From NCBI GenBank assembly GCA_035637655.1, contig DASPWT010000210.1:1-60222 (forward strand): 60,222 nucleotides of DNA, read 5' to 3'. The notes beneath the pieces are model-generated. The model saw only the letters and a list, made by a program, of their open reading frames with translations, ran no database searches and was not told the DNA's origin. Of the stretch, positions 35,208-44,240 are shown in pieces (position 1 is the stretch's first letter; each line of letters starts with the position of its first letter). The translations under genes and the position numbers were made by a program. The DNA comes from Burkholderiales bacterium. GTDB taxonomy: Bacteria > Pseudomonadota > Gammaproteobacteria > Burkholderiales > SG8-39.

Positions 35208-37028
35208 TCAGGCCGCTTTCCTCTGCGGCGTACGGCAGCCGTGGCCGGCGTGCGTCAGGTCGAGCAGGAACTTCTGCATGTCCCAGGCGCCCGTAGGGCA
35301 GCGCTCGGCGCACAGGCCGCAGTGCAGGCACACGTCCTCGTCCTTCGCCATGATCCTGCCGGTCTTGAGGGGGCCCGAGACGTAGAGGTCCTGGGTGGGA
35401 TTCCTCGCCGGCGCGGTGAGGCGGGTGCGCAGGTCCGCCTCCTCGCCGTTCTGCGTGAAGGTGATGCAATCCATCGGGCAGATGTCGACGCAGGCGTCGC
35501 ATTCGATGCACAGCTTGTCCGCGAACACCGTCTGCACGTCGCAGTTCAAGCAGCGCTGCGCTTCCTTGAAGCCGGTGGCCGGATCGAAACCGACCTCGAC
35601 CTCGACCTTGATGTTCTTCAGCGTGATTTTCTGGTCCTTCCAGGGGACCTTGTAGCGCTCGTCGGGCGAGATCTGGTTGTCGTAGCTCCACTCGTGGATG
35701 CCCATCTTCTGGCTCGAGAGGTTCACGATCGGCGACGGGCGCTCCCTGATGTCCTCGCCGTTGAGAAGCTTGTCGATCGAGATCGCGGCGTCGTGACCGT
35801 GCGCCACGGCCCAGATGATGTTCTTCGGGCCGAAGGCCGAGTCGCCGCCGAAGAAGATCTTCGGCTGTGTGGACTGCATGGTGACCTTGTCCACCACGGG
35901 CATGCCGTGCGGGTCGAACTGAATTCCAGCGTCGCGCTCGATCCAGGGGAAGGCGTTCTCCTGCCCCACCGCGACCAGCACGTCGTCGCACTCGAAATGC
36001 TGCTCGGGCTCGCCGGTGGACACGAGGCTGCGCTTGCCCTTGTCGTCGAAGACGGCTTTGACCTTCCCGAAAGTCATGCCGGTGAGCTTGCCGTTCTCGT
36101 GCTCGAATGCCTTGGGGACGAGATAGTTGAGGATGGGAATGCCCTCGTGCTGAGCGTCTTCCTTTTCCCAGGGCGAGGCTTTCATTTCCTCGAAGCCCGA
36201 GCGCACGATGACTTTCACGTCCTCGCCGCCGAGGCGCTTCGAAGATCGGCAGCAGTCCATTGCGGTGTTGCCGCCGCCCAGCACGATCACCCGCTTGCCG
36301 ATCCTGTCGGTGTGGCCGAAGGAGACCGATGAAAGCCAGTCGATGCCGATGTGGATGTTCTTGGCCGCTTCCTTGCGCCCGGGAATGTCGAGATCGCGCC
36401 CGCGCGGCGCCCCCGAGCCGACGAAGATCGCGTCGTAATTCTCCGAAAGCACTTTCTTCATGCTCGCGATCTTCGTGCCGCCCTTGAACTCGACGCCGAG
36501 ATCGAGGATGTAGCCGACCTCCTCGTCGATCACTTCCATCGGCAGGCGGAAGCGCGGGATCTGCGACCAGATCATGCCGCCCGCGCGCGGGTCCTGGTCG
36601 AACACGGTGACGTGGTAGCCGAGCGGGGCGAGATCGCGCGCCACGGTGAGCGACGCTGGCCCGGCGCCGATGCACGCGATCCTTTTCCCGTTTTTCTTCG
36701 CGGCGGCCTTCGGCATCCTCGCCTTGACGTCGCCCTTGTTGTCCGCGGCGACGCGCTTCAGGCGGCAGATCGCCACGGGCTCGGGCTTCTCGCCGTTGTT
36801 TTCCTCGACGCGCCCTCGCCTGCAGGCGGGCTCGCAAGGGCGGTCGCAAGTGCGCCCGAGTATTCCTGGAAAAACGTTGGAGTACCAGTTGACCATGTAG
36901 GCGTCGTCGTAACGCCCTGCCGCGATCAACCGGATGTATTCGGGGACTGGAGTATGGGCCGGGCAGGCCCACTGGCAATCTACGACTTTGTGGAAATAAT
37001 CCGGTGCACCGATATCAGTCGGCTTCAA
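35208..37028 (-). CDS. GltD-like NAD(P)H-dependent FAD oxidoreductase fused to a C-terminal 2x[4Fe-4S] ferredoxin domain
   Basis: TTG start after GGAGGGAA. N-terminal Cys clusters (CQWACPAH, CDRPCEPAC). Two dinucleotide folds (IACIGAGPASL, VIVLGGGNTAMD). C-terminal CIECDACVDICP and CLHCGLCAERCP. Confidence 0.8.
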   Translation of the reverse strand: MKPTDIGAPDYFHKVVDCQWACPAHTPVPEYIRLIAAGRYDDAYMVNWYSNVFPGILGRTCDRPCEPACRRGRVEENNGEKPEPVAICRLKRVAADNKGDVKARMPKAAAKKNGKRIACIGAGPASLTVARDLAPLGYHVTVFDQDPRAGGMIWSQIPRFRLPMEVIDEEVGYILDLGVEFKGGTKIASMKKVLSENYDAIFVGSGAPRGRDLDIPGRKEAAKNIHIGIDWLSSVSFGHTDRIGKRVIVLGGGNTAMDCCRSSKRLGGEDVKVIVRSGFEEMKASPWEKEDAQHEGIPILNYLVPKAFEHENGKLTGMTFGKVKAVFDDKGKRSLVSTGEPEQHFECDDVLVAVGQENAFPWIERDAGIQFDPHGMPVVDKVTMQSTQPKIFFGGDSAFGPKNIIWAVAHGHDAAISIDKLLNGEDIRERPSPIVNLSSQKMGIHEWSYDNQISPDERYKVPWKDQKITLKNIKVEVEVGFDPATGFKEAQRCLNCDVQTVFADKLCIECDACVDICPMDCITFTQNGEEADLRTRLTAPARNPTQDLYVSGPLKTGRIMAKDEDVCLHCGLCAERCPTGAWDMQKFLLDLTHAGHGCRTPQRKAA

Positions 37029-37217
37029 AACACGTTCCCTCCAGCGTCAAGCCTGCCGTTTCTCATTTCGCAGCGCCTGACTGCGCGTAAGTCTACCGCC
37101 TCGTGGCGGCGGTGAAAAGACTTAGTTTTCAATTACTAGGGCCTTTTCCCTTGAAGCCCGGAGAATCTTTTTTCGAGGAGCGATTCCAGCGCTCGCGCCT
37201 CGGGCGCTCCGGGCTCA

Positions 37218-37290
37218 GTATACAGGCAGGCTATAAATTACTTTAATATAACGTGATACTCCATTGATACAGCATGGAAATGTTCTAAGG
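37218..37290. promoter_or_regulatory. conspicuously AT-rich intergenic tract upstream of the gltD-like/korAB operon
   Basis: GTATACAGGCAGGCTATAAATTACTTTAATATAACGTGATACTCCATTGATACAGCATGGAAATGTTCTAAGG is far more AT-rich than any other core intergenic region here. It lies ~190-260 nt upstream of the TTG at 37028. No specific -35/-10 assignment is attempted. Confidence 0.3.
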
Positions 37291-37363
37291 CATGCGCTCG
37301 CGCGCTACGCTTTGCGCCTACGGGGGAGTTAACGCGCTTCCCGGACTTCGGGAAGACAAGGAG

Positions 37364-37510
37364 CTACGGGCGGCGCGGATCCTGCAGCTCGCGAGCGAGG
37401 CGCTGCCGCTCGCGCTTCGCGCGGGAGGGGGAAACGAAGAGCCAGTAGGTGACGGCGATCGAGAGCAGCAGCGCCGCGACGCCTTCGAGCAATTGCCAAC
37501 CTGTACCCAC
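37364..37510 (-). CDS. possible small membrane protein, 48 aa
   Basis: GTG start. Reads MGTGWQLLEGVAALLLSIAVTYWLFVSPSRAKRERQRLARELQDPRRP, one TM helix plus a basic tail, with GC3-rich codons. Below the ORF-track length cut-off. Confidence 0.25.
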   Translation of the reverse strand: MGTGWQLLEGVAALLLSIAVTYWLFVSPSRAKRERQRLARELQDPRRP

Positions 37511-37617
37511 GCGAACCTTTTTTGAAATTCCGGCATTTTCGAATGCCGGCGGCGCTTATTGCGACCGGAGAACCGCGATGCTACTCGCTAAGCCAGGGGC
37601 AAGCAAGCTTGTCCGCG

Positions 37618-37935
37618 CTACAACGGCGAGAACGAGGTGGACTTGAGGATCCTGGATTCCTGGTGCTGGTGCGCGCCCATCTCGGCGCTGCGCCGCAGGT
37701 AGTCCTGGAACACGGGATCGCTCATCAGGGCGTCGCGTTTTCTCTCGCGGTCGGCCTGGCTTTCGTAACTCCACACGTGTACCACCTGGTTGAGCGGCCC
37801 TACCTCGGTGACCGCGTAGAACACGGGTTCGCCGCAGTGCTTGACCTGGGTCGGATGTCCGTACTGTTCGTACATCTTCAGCCAGGCGGGCAGACGGCCC
37901 GGGTGCAGCGAGTAGATGCGCAGATCGAAGATCAT
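37618..37935 (-). CDS. NIPSNAP-family protein
   Basis: MIFDLRIYSLHPGRLPAWLKMYEQYG ... VVHVWSYESQADRERKR matches the NIPSNAP pattern. GGGAGGAA SD. Confidence 0.75.
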   Translation of the reverse strand: MIFDLRIYSLHPGRLPAWLKMYEQYGHPTQVKHCGEPVFYAVTEVGPLNQVVHVWSYESQADRERKRDALMSDPVFQDYLRRSAEMGAHQHQESRILKSTSFSPL

Positions 37936-37946
37936 CGTGTTCCTCC

Positions 37947-39092
37947 CTACTTTGCCGATGCCGCCGGCAAGGTGGCGATGATCTGCTGCCTGCCGTTCAC
38001 GACCCTGGTCATGAAGCTCTCCCGATCGAGGTCGCCGTTCTGATCGAACGTCACATCGAGCAGCACGCCAGGGTAGTCCTTCGCGGAAAGCGCCGCGCCG
38101 TGCATCGCGGCGGCAAACGCCTTGGGGTCGAACTTGCCGACCCTTTCGGTCACCGCCTTGACGATATACATCGCGCTGTAACCCTTCAATCCATTGTGGT
38201 CCGTCTTGTATCTGTATTCCTTCTGGAAGCGCCCATCGAAGGCCTTGATCGTCGGCTGCGGCGCATCCGCGCTCAGCCCGACGTGCGCCACGGCGCCATT
38301 TGCAGCCTCGCCCGCCATCTCGATGACCTTCTGGCTGGTGAGCGTCGTTTCGCCCACGATCGGCCTGTCATAGCCCTGCTTCTTCAGCTCGCGCAGCGCC
38401 CGCGCCGATTCCTCCTCGTTGGTATACACGAACACGGCGTCGGCGTTCGACTGTTTCACTTTGAGCACCGGGCTCGAAAAGTCGACCTGACCGGGATCGG
38501 TCGAGATGTCCGCCGCGATCTTGATGCCCTGCGCTTCGAGCGCTTTCATGATCATGTCGCGCCCGCCCTTCCCGAAGTCGTTGTTCACCCACACGATGGC
38601 GATGGTTTTGGCCTTGACGGTGTCCTTGATGTAGCGCGCCACCTTGGGCATGGCCGTCGCCTGTGTGAACGACGTGCGAAAGATGTAGGGATTGCCTTGC
38701 TGGGTGATGGCGGCGCTCTCGCCGCCCGTGAAATTCGGAATCCCGGCGCGTCGGGTCTCGGCCATGCTGACGAGGATCGACCCGGAAAATACCGGACCCA
38801 TCACGATGTAGGCCCCGTCATCGACAGCTTTTGTTGCCAGGGCTTTCGCCGTCTGCGGCGCCGACTGCGTGTCGCTGCTCGTGTACTCGATCTTCCGTCC
38901 GAGGATGCCGCCCGCAGCGTTGATTTCCTTCACCGCGAGCTTCACTCCGTTATCGAAATTCGTCCCCGAGGTGGCACCGGTCCCCGACAGCTCGACCAGT
39001 CCCACGATCCGGACCGGAACCTGCTGCGCGAGGGACGGCAGCGCAGCGGTCGCAAGCCAGACAGCCGCAGAAAGAAGATAAAGTCTTTTCAT
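37947..39092 (-). CDS. ABC transporter periplasmic substrate-binding protein (LivJ/branched-chain amino acid family)
   Basis: ATG at 39092 after GGAGGAG. Signal peptide ...ALPSLAQQ. Reads VRIVGLVELSGTGATSG...GVKLAVKEINAAGGILGRKIE. Confidence 0.85.
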   Translation of the reverse strand: MKRLYLLSAAVWLATAALPSLAQQVPVRIVGLVELSGTGATSGTNFDNGVKLAVKEINAAGGILGRKIEYTSSDTQSAPQTAKALATKAVDDGAYIVMGPVFSGSILVSMAETRRAGIPNFTGGESAAITQQGNPYIFRTSFTQATAMPKVARYIKDTVKAKTIAIVWVNNDFGKGGRDMIMKALEAQGIKIAADISTDPGQVDFSSPVLKVKQSNADAVFVYTNEEESARALRELKKQGYDRPIVGETTLTSQKVIEMAGEAANGAVAHVGLSADAPQPTIKAFDGRFQKEYRYKTDHNGLKGYSAMYIVKAVTERVGKFDPKAFAAAMHGAALSAKDYPGVLLDVTFDQNGDLDRESFMTRVVNGRQQIIATLPAASAK

Positions 39093-39161
39093 GAACTCCT
39101 CCATTGGGTGAAAAAGATCCGCTTGGTTTGGCACCAAGTTTACCGCTGAACTCTACTGCAA

Positions 39162-39992
39162 TCAGGCACGGCTCGAGGTCTCGATGATGCTGCGTTCGTC
39201 GGGGAACGGGATGCCGAAGAATTCCAGATACATCGGGACCTGCGCGTCTACCATGTGATGTCCGTGGTGTACTCGCATCCCACGCGCGCGCGCCGCCTTC
39301 AGCAGGCGCGTTTCCTTCGGTTTCATGATGATGTCGCACACCACGGTCTTTGCCGGAAGCAGCGACGGTTCGAAGGGCAAGGGGTCCTCGGGCCGCAGCC
39401 CCCGGGGCGTCGCGTTGATCGCGTAGTCCAAGAACGCGGGCGGCGCGGTGACGATGTCCGCCGCCATCTTCGGGTAATGCCGCCGAAGGCGCTCGATGAG
39501 GCCTGCCGCCCGCGCTGCGTCGGTCTCAGTCACATGCAGCCGCTGCGCGCCGGCTTCGGCCAGGGCGGTCGCAATGGCCGAGCCGCCGCCGCCCGCGCCG
39601 ACCAACCACGCGGTGACGCCCTCGACCGAATGGCCGCACAACTCCAGCCCGCGCACGAAGCCGGCACCGTCGACGATGTCGCCGTAGAGCTTGCCGTCGG
39701 GATCGAGGCGCACCAGGTTCACCGCGCCGGCGGCCTGCGCGCGCGGCGAGAGCCGATCTAGCATAGTGGCGACCGCCGGCTTGTGGGGAATCGCGACCGT
39801 GATGCCGCGAAAATTGCGCATGGTGCGCAGGGCCTGCAGCACGACGCGCAGGCCCTCGTGGTCCACGTGCATGGGCACCCAGACGGCGTTGACGCCCAGC
39901 TCGGCGAAAACCGCTTCCATGACCTGAGGAAGCCGGACCTGCGCCACCGGGTCTCCCGGCGTCGCGAACAGGAGCGTGTCTCCGTCGATCAC
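39162..39992 (-). CDS. shikimate/quinate dehydrogenase-family (AroE-like) protein, divergent
   Basis: GTG at 39992 overlaps the livF stop (GTGA). Reads ITVAIPHK, GAVNLV, DIVDGAGF and the Rossmann motif LVGAGGGGSAIA. It lacks the canonical SxS and NTD motifs. Confidence 0.7.
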   Translation of the reverse strand: MIDGDTLLFATPGDPVAQVRLPQVMEAVFAELGVNAVWVPMHVDHEGLRVVLQALRTMRNFRGITVAIPHKPAVATMLDRLSPRAQAAGAVNLVRLDPDGKLYGDIVDGAGFVRGLELCGHSVEGVTAWLVGAGGGGSAIATALAEAGAQRLHVTETDAARAAGLIERLRRHYPKMAADIVTAPPAFLDYAINATPRGLRPEDPLPFEPSLLPAKTVVCDIIMKPKETRLLKAARARGMRVHHGHHMVDAQVPMYLEFFGIPFPDERSIIETSSRA

Positions 39993-40753
39993 GGCGCCAC
40001 CGCGCGGCCGGTCCGGGCCGCCGCCCCACCCAGGAACAAGCGATTCAAATTCGGATCTTCGAGGAACTCGCCCGCGGGGCGATCCAGTGCGAGCCGCCCC
40101 ATCTCGAGCACCAAGGCGCGGTCCGCGTACTTGAGCGCGCTGCGCACATTCTGCTCCACCATCAGCAGGGTGGTGCCTGTGTCCGCGAGCCTGCGCAGCA
40201 GCTGGAACACCTCCTGGCTGATCTTCGGCGACAGCCCGATCGAGGGCTCGTCGATCAGGAGGACGCGCGGCTTGAGCAGGAGCGCCCGACCGATCTCGAG
40301 CTGCTTCTGCTCGCCGCCCGAGAGCGTCGAGGCCTGGTTGCCGAGGCGCTCGCGGATGCCCGGAAAGAGCTCGAGGATCTCTTCGACGCGCTCCCGTCGC
40401 AGCGCCTTGCCGGGAAGCGTGATGCCGCCGAGCTCCAGGTTGTGCAGCACCGAGAGCGACGCGAACAAATTGCGGCCCTGCGGGACGAAGGCGAGGCCGC
40501 AATCGATCATGTCGCGCGGCGACATCCCGGAGATTCGCCTGCCCTCGAGCCGGATTTCGCCCGTGCGGGGGGTGAGCAGGCCGAACAGCGCTTTCAGCGC
40601 CGTCGACTTGCCGGCGCCGTTGGGGCCGATCAGCAGCGTGATCTCGCCCCGGCGGGCGTCGAGGCTGAGCTCGTTCAGGATCGTCAAGGTCGGCGAGTAG
40701 CCGGCGACCACGCGCTCGAACTCGATCAGCCTGCCTGCCCGGCTAGCTTCCAA
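39989..40753 (-). CDS. livF: ABC transporter ATP-binding protein (LivF-type)
   Basis: Walker A GPNGAGKST, signature LSGGEQKQL, Walker B LLLIDEPS. Confidence 0.85.
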   Translation of the reverse strand: MEASRAGRLIEFERVVAGYSPTLTILNELSLDARRGEITLLIGPNGAGKSTALKALFGLLTPRTGEIRLEGRRISGMSPRDMIDCGLAFVPQGRNLFASLSVLHNLELGGITLPGKALRRERVEEILELFPGIRERLGNQASTLSGGEQKQLEIGRALLLKPRVLLIDEPSIGLSPKISQEVFQLLRRLADTGTTLLMVEQNVRSALKYADRALVLEMGRLALDRPAGEFLEDPNLNRLFLGGAAARTGRAVAP

Positions 40754-41486
40754 GGTAGGCCTCCAGCACCGCGGGATTCGCCTGCACCTGCTCGGGCTTG
40801 CCTTCGACGAGCACCTTGCCCTCGACCATGCAGATCACGCGGGGGCACAGGCGCATGATGAAGTCCATGTTGTGCTCGATGACGATGAAGCTTCCCCCTT
40901 GTGTGCGGTTCAGCTCCAGCAGCAGCTCGCGCAACTGCTCGACCATCGCGGGGTTGACGCCGGCGCAGGGCTCGTCGAGCAGCACCAGGCGCGGCGAAGG
41001 CATGAACGCCATCGCGATGTCGATCAGCTTCTGCTCGCCGTAGGAGAGGCTTCCCGCCGGCAGGTGTGCGACACGCTGGAGGCGAAACAGCTCGATCATC
41101 TCGTCGGCGTGGCGGCCGAGCCCGGCATCGGGTGCGGCGAACAGCCGTCCGGGCAGCGTGCCCCTGAACTCCTGCGAAGCGACGATCAGATTGTCCCGGA
41201 CCGAGAGCTTGCCGAACACCTGCAGAGTCTGGAAGGTGCGACCGACGCCGCGGCGGCTCAGCTCGAGCGGCGACATGCCGGTGACGTCTTCTCCGCAAAA
41301 TTCCATGTGCCCGGAAGTCGGCTTGATCTGCCCGAGAATGCTGTTGAAGAGCGTAGTCTTGCCGCTGCCGTTCGGCCCGATCACGCCGACGATCTCACCG
41401 GGTCCGACCGAGAAGCTCACGCCGTCGACCGCGCGGATCGCGCCGTAGTGTTTGGTGCACAGCTCGACCTGAAGAAACGGCGTCAC
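40743..41486 (-). CDS. livG: ABC transporter ATP-binding protein (LivG-type)
   Basis: GTG at 41486 overlaps the livM stop (GTGA). Walker A GPNGSGKTT, signature LSYGEQKLI, Walker B LVLLDEP. Confidence 0.85.
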   Translation of the reverse strand: MTPFLQVELCTKHYGAIRAVDGVSFSVGPGEIVGVIGPNGSGKTTLFNSILGQIKPTSGHMEFCGEDVTGMSPLELSRRGVGRTFQTLQVFGKLSVRDNLIVASQEFRGTLPGRLFAAPDAGLGRHADEMIELFRLQRVAHLPAGSLSYGEQKLIDIAMAFMPSPRLVLLDEPCAGVNPAMVEQLRELLLELNRTQGGSFIVIEHNMDFIMRLCPRVICMVEGKVLVEGKPEQVQANPAVLEAYLGS

Positions 41487-42430
41487 TTGGCGGCCCCTTG
41501 CGGCGCCGCGCGCAGCCTGATGCGGTCCGGGATCGACAGCAGGCCTCCAGGCAGCCAGATCATCAGGGCGACTATCGACAGTCCGAAGACCACGAGATAC
41601 CAGTCCTTCATGAAGCGCAGCCATTCAGGCAGCAGGACGACGAGCGCGGCGCCGAGCATCGGCCCGAAGAAGCGCCCGGACCCGCCGACGATCACCATCA
41701 GCAGCATGGTGAGCGATGCGCTGAGATGGAACGGCGCCGGATCGACGAACTGCACCAGAGCGGCGAAATACGCCCCGGCCATCCCGGCGCAGGCCGCGCC
41801 GATGGCGAACGCGAGCAGCGTGTAGGCGACGATGTTGACGCCGAGGCTTTCGGCGCGGATCGGATTGTCGCGCAGCGCGGCGAACGCACGGCCCCACGGC
41901 GAGCGAATCAGCCAGGCGAGCAGCAGCGCCAGCGCAATCGTCGCCGCGTAGGTGAAGTAGAAAAACGCGGCCGAGCCGTCGAGCGACAGTCCGAACGGCG
42001 AAGGCCTGCGGATTCCGGAGATCCCGAAGGTGCCTCCGGTGAGCCACTCCTCGTTGCGGAGGACGAGATAGACGAGCACGTTGAAGCCGAGCGTGGCGAA
42101 GGCGAGGTAATGGTGCCGGACGCGCAGCGCCGGGAAGCCGAGCGCGAGCCCGACCGCGAAGCACAGCAGCGCCGCGGCAGGCAGAACGAACCCGAAGGCC
42201 ACGCCCGCTTTCATCAATATCGCGGCGGTGTAGGCCCCGATTCCCAGGAACGCCGCGTGCCCGAGCGAGATCAGGCCGGCGTAGCCCACCGTGAGGTTGA
42301 GGCCCATCGCGGCCATCACGTACACGCACCACAACGTCAGCAGGTACGTCCCGTAGTTCTTCAGCGCCATGGGCGCAAGTGCGAGCGCCAGGAGAATCGC
42401 GGCGAGGCCGATCTTCTGCGTTCCGCTCAT
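41483..42430 (-). CDS. livM: branched-chain amino acid-type ABC permease (LivM-type)
   Basis: ATG at 42430 overlaps the livH stop (ATGA). Polytopic membrane protein with GYAGLISLGHAAFLGIGAY. Confidence 0.85.
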   Translation of the reverse strand: MSGTQKIGLAAILLALALAPMALKNYGTYLLTLWCVYVMAAMGLNLTVGYAGLISLGHAAFLGIGAYTAAILMKAGVAFGFVLPAAALLCFAVGLALGFPALRVRHHYLAFATLGFNVLVYLVLRNEEWLTGGTFGISGIRRPSPFGLSLDGSAAFFYFTYAATIALALLLAWLIRSPWGRAFAALRDNPIRAESLGVNIVAYTLLAFAIGAACAGMAGAYFAALVQFVDPAPFHLSASLTMLLMVIVGGSGRFFGPMLGAALVVLLPEWLRFMKDWYLVVFGLSIVALMIWLPGGLLSIPDRIRLRAAPQGAAK

Positions 42431-43302
42431 ACCTTGCGTTCCTCGGCCTTGCCGAGCAGGCCTTCGGGGCGGAACAGGATGACGACGAGGAACAGCATCA
42501 GCGCCACCCCTTCCTTGTAGGCGGGCGACACGTATGCCCCCATCAGGTTCTCGAGGATGCCGACCAGCACTCCGCCGAGGAGCGCGCCGCGCGTCTGGTT
42601 GAAGCCGCCGATGATCGCCGCGTAGAACGCCTTCAGGCCGATGGTGTCGCCCATGTCGAACTTGGCGAGATAGGTCGGAGTCACGAGCACGGCTGCGACC
42701 GCCGCCAGCAGCGCGTTCATCAGGAAGACGTAGAGAATCATCCGCTTCACGTTGATCCCGAGCACCGCCGCAGCTTCGGTGTTCTGCGCCACGGCTTGCA
42801 TCGCCCGGCCGGTCATGGTGCGGTTGAGGAATGACTGCAGGCAGAAGACGATCAGGCCGGCCACGAACAGCGTCCCGATGTCGAACGAGGAAACCCGGAG
42901 CGTCCCGACCGTCAGCAGCGTGTCGGGAAAGAGATAGGGAAACGGATGGGCCTCGGCGCTGTAGGCGGCCTTCACCATGTTCTTCAGGCCGATGGTCAGG
43001 CCCAGGGTGGCGATCACCAGCGGGATGACGCCGTGGCGTATCAGCGGATCGACCACCAGGAGCTTGAAGCCGATGCCGAGCGCCAGCATCGAAGCCAAGC
43101 AGGCGAGTGCGAAGGCAAGCCACAGGGGCGCGCCGATCGTCAGCAGGAGCAGCATCGCGAACGCGGGCAGCATCACGAACTCGCCCTGGGCGAAGTTGAT
43201 GGTTCCGGAGGCCTGCCAGAGCAGCGTGAATCCGAGCGCGGCGAGAGCGTAGATCGCGCCCGTGGCCGTGCCGGAGATGACGAGCTGCAGAAAGTCGCCC
43301 AA
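42427..43302 (-). CDS. livH: branched-chain amino acid-type ABC permease (LivH-type)
   Basis: Reads FLQLVISGTATGAIYALAALGFTLLWQASGTINFAQGEF. The start is TTG 43302 (after GGGAGGGAGG) or TTG 43323. Confidence 0.85.
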   Translation of the reverse strand: MGDFLQLVISGTATGAIYALAALGFTLLWQASGTINFAQGEFVMLPAFAMLLLLTIGAPLWLAFALACLASMLALGIGFKLLVVDPLIRHGVIPLVIATLGLTIGLKNMVKAAYSAEAHPFPYLFPDTLLTVGTLRVSSFDIGTLFVAGLIVFCLQSFLNRTMTGRAMQAVAQNTEAAAVLGINVKRMILYVFLMNALLAAVAAVLVTPTYLAKFDMGDTIGLKAFYAAIIGGFNQTRGALLGGVLVGILENLMGAYVSPAYKEGVALMLFLVVILFRPEGLLGKAEERKV

Positions 43303-43364
43303 CCTCCCTCCCTGTCGACACAAATGCTACCCTGAAGCCGAATCTTGCGTCCCGGGGAGAATCC

Positions 43365-44240
43365 ATGACGGTTCATGAGCCCGTCGCCGAGCCGAGCAAC
43401 CCGCTCGGGCTGGACGGAATCGAGTTCATCGAGTACGCGACTTCTCACCCGCAGGAGTTCGGCACCCTGCTCCAGAAAATGGGGTTCTCCCTCGTCGCGC
43501 GGCACCGTTCTCGCGAAGTGCTGCTGTACCGCCAGGGTTCGATGAACCTGATCGTCAATGCACATCCGGATGCGCTGCCGGGACTGTCCTCGCCCGGGAG
43601 CACGCCCGCACTTGCGGCGATCGCGCTGCGGGTGCGCGATGCCGCCCACGCGCATCGGCGTGCGCTCGAGCTCGGCGCCTGGGACATGCCGACGAGGGCG
43701 TCCGCCATGGAGCTCAACATCCCGGGAATCCACGGCGTGGGCGACACCCTCATTTACTTCGTCGACCGTCACGGGGATTTCTCGATTTACGACGTCGATT
43801 TCGCGCCGCTGGCGGGCGCCGATCCCCGGCCGCCCGCGATCGCCGGCCTGCACTACTTCGGCGTGGTGCAAGCCATCCTCGTCGACCGCACCGCCGAGTG
43901 GCTGGATTTCTATCGAAGCCTGTTCGGCTTTTCGGTGCTGCCGCAGGGCCAGTATTTCGGCATCCTGCCGAGAGGCACGCTGCTCGAGAGCCCCTGCCGC
44001 AAGTTCTATCTGCAGCTGATCGAGCCGCCGCCCGGGTCGGAGGAAATCCACTGGGACGAGGCCCTGGTGCGCCTCGGCCTTGGCGCACGCGACGTTCCGG
44101 CGGCCACGCGCGCCCTGCAGGAACGCGGCATCGCGTTCGTTGAACGCGGGCCGGTGCAGCCCAGCCAGAAAGGCGCGCTGACGCAGGTCTATCTCGGCGG
44201 GGTCAATTTCGAACTGGTCGTGAGCCACCTGAGGCCATGA
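43365..44240 (+). CDS. 4-hydroxyphenylpyruvate dioxygenase-like VOC two-domain protein
   Basis: Reads GLDGIEFIEYATSHPQEFGTLLQKMGF ... LIYFVDRHG ... FYLQLIEP, the HPPD-like beta-alpha-beta-beta-beta module pattern. GGGGAGA SD. Confidence 0.7.
   Translation: MTVHEPVAEPSNPLGLDGIEFIEYATSHPQEFGTLLQKMGFSLVARHRSREVLLYRQGSMNLIVNAHPDALPGLSSPGSTPALAAIALRVRDAAHAHRRALELGAWDMPTRASAMELNIPGIHGVGDTLIYFVDRHGDFSIYDVDFAPLAGADPRPPAIAGLHYFGVVQAILVDRTAEWLDFYRSLFGFSVLPQGQYFGILPRGTLLESPCRKFYLQLIEPPPGSEEIHWDEALVRLGLGARDVPAATRALQERGIAFVERGPVQPSQKGALTQVYLGGVNFELVVSHLRP

Noticed and set aside
37530-37549. Perfect 8-bp hairpin CCGGCATT-TTCG-AATGCCGG downstream of the NIPSNAP gene
   Set aside because: I considered it as a rho-independent terminator. 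The T-run lies upstream on the plus strand, and on the minus strand the stem is followed by an A-rich tract rather than a U-rich one. It therefore fits a canonical terminator in neither direction, and its function is left open.
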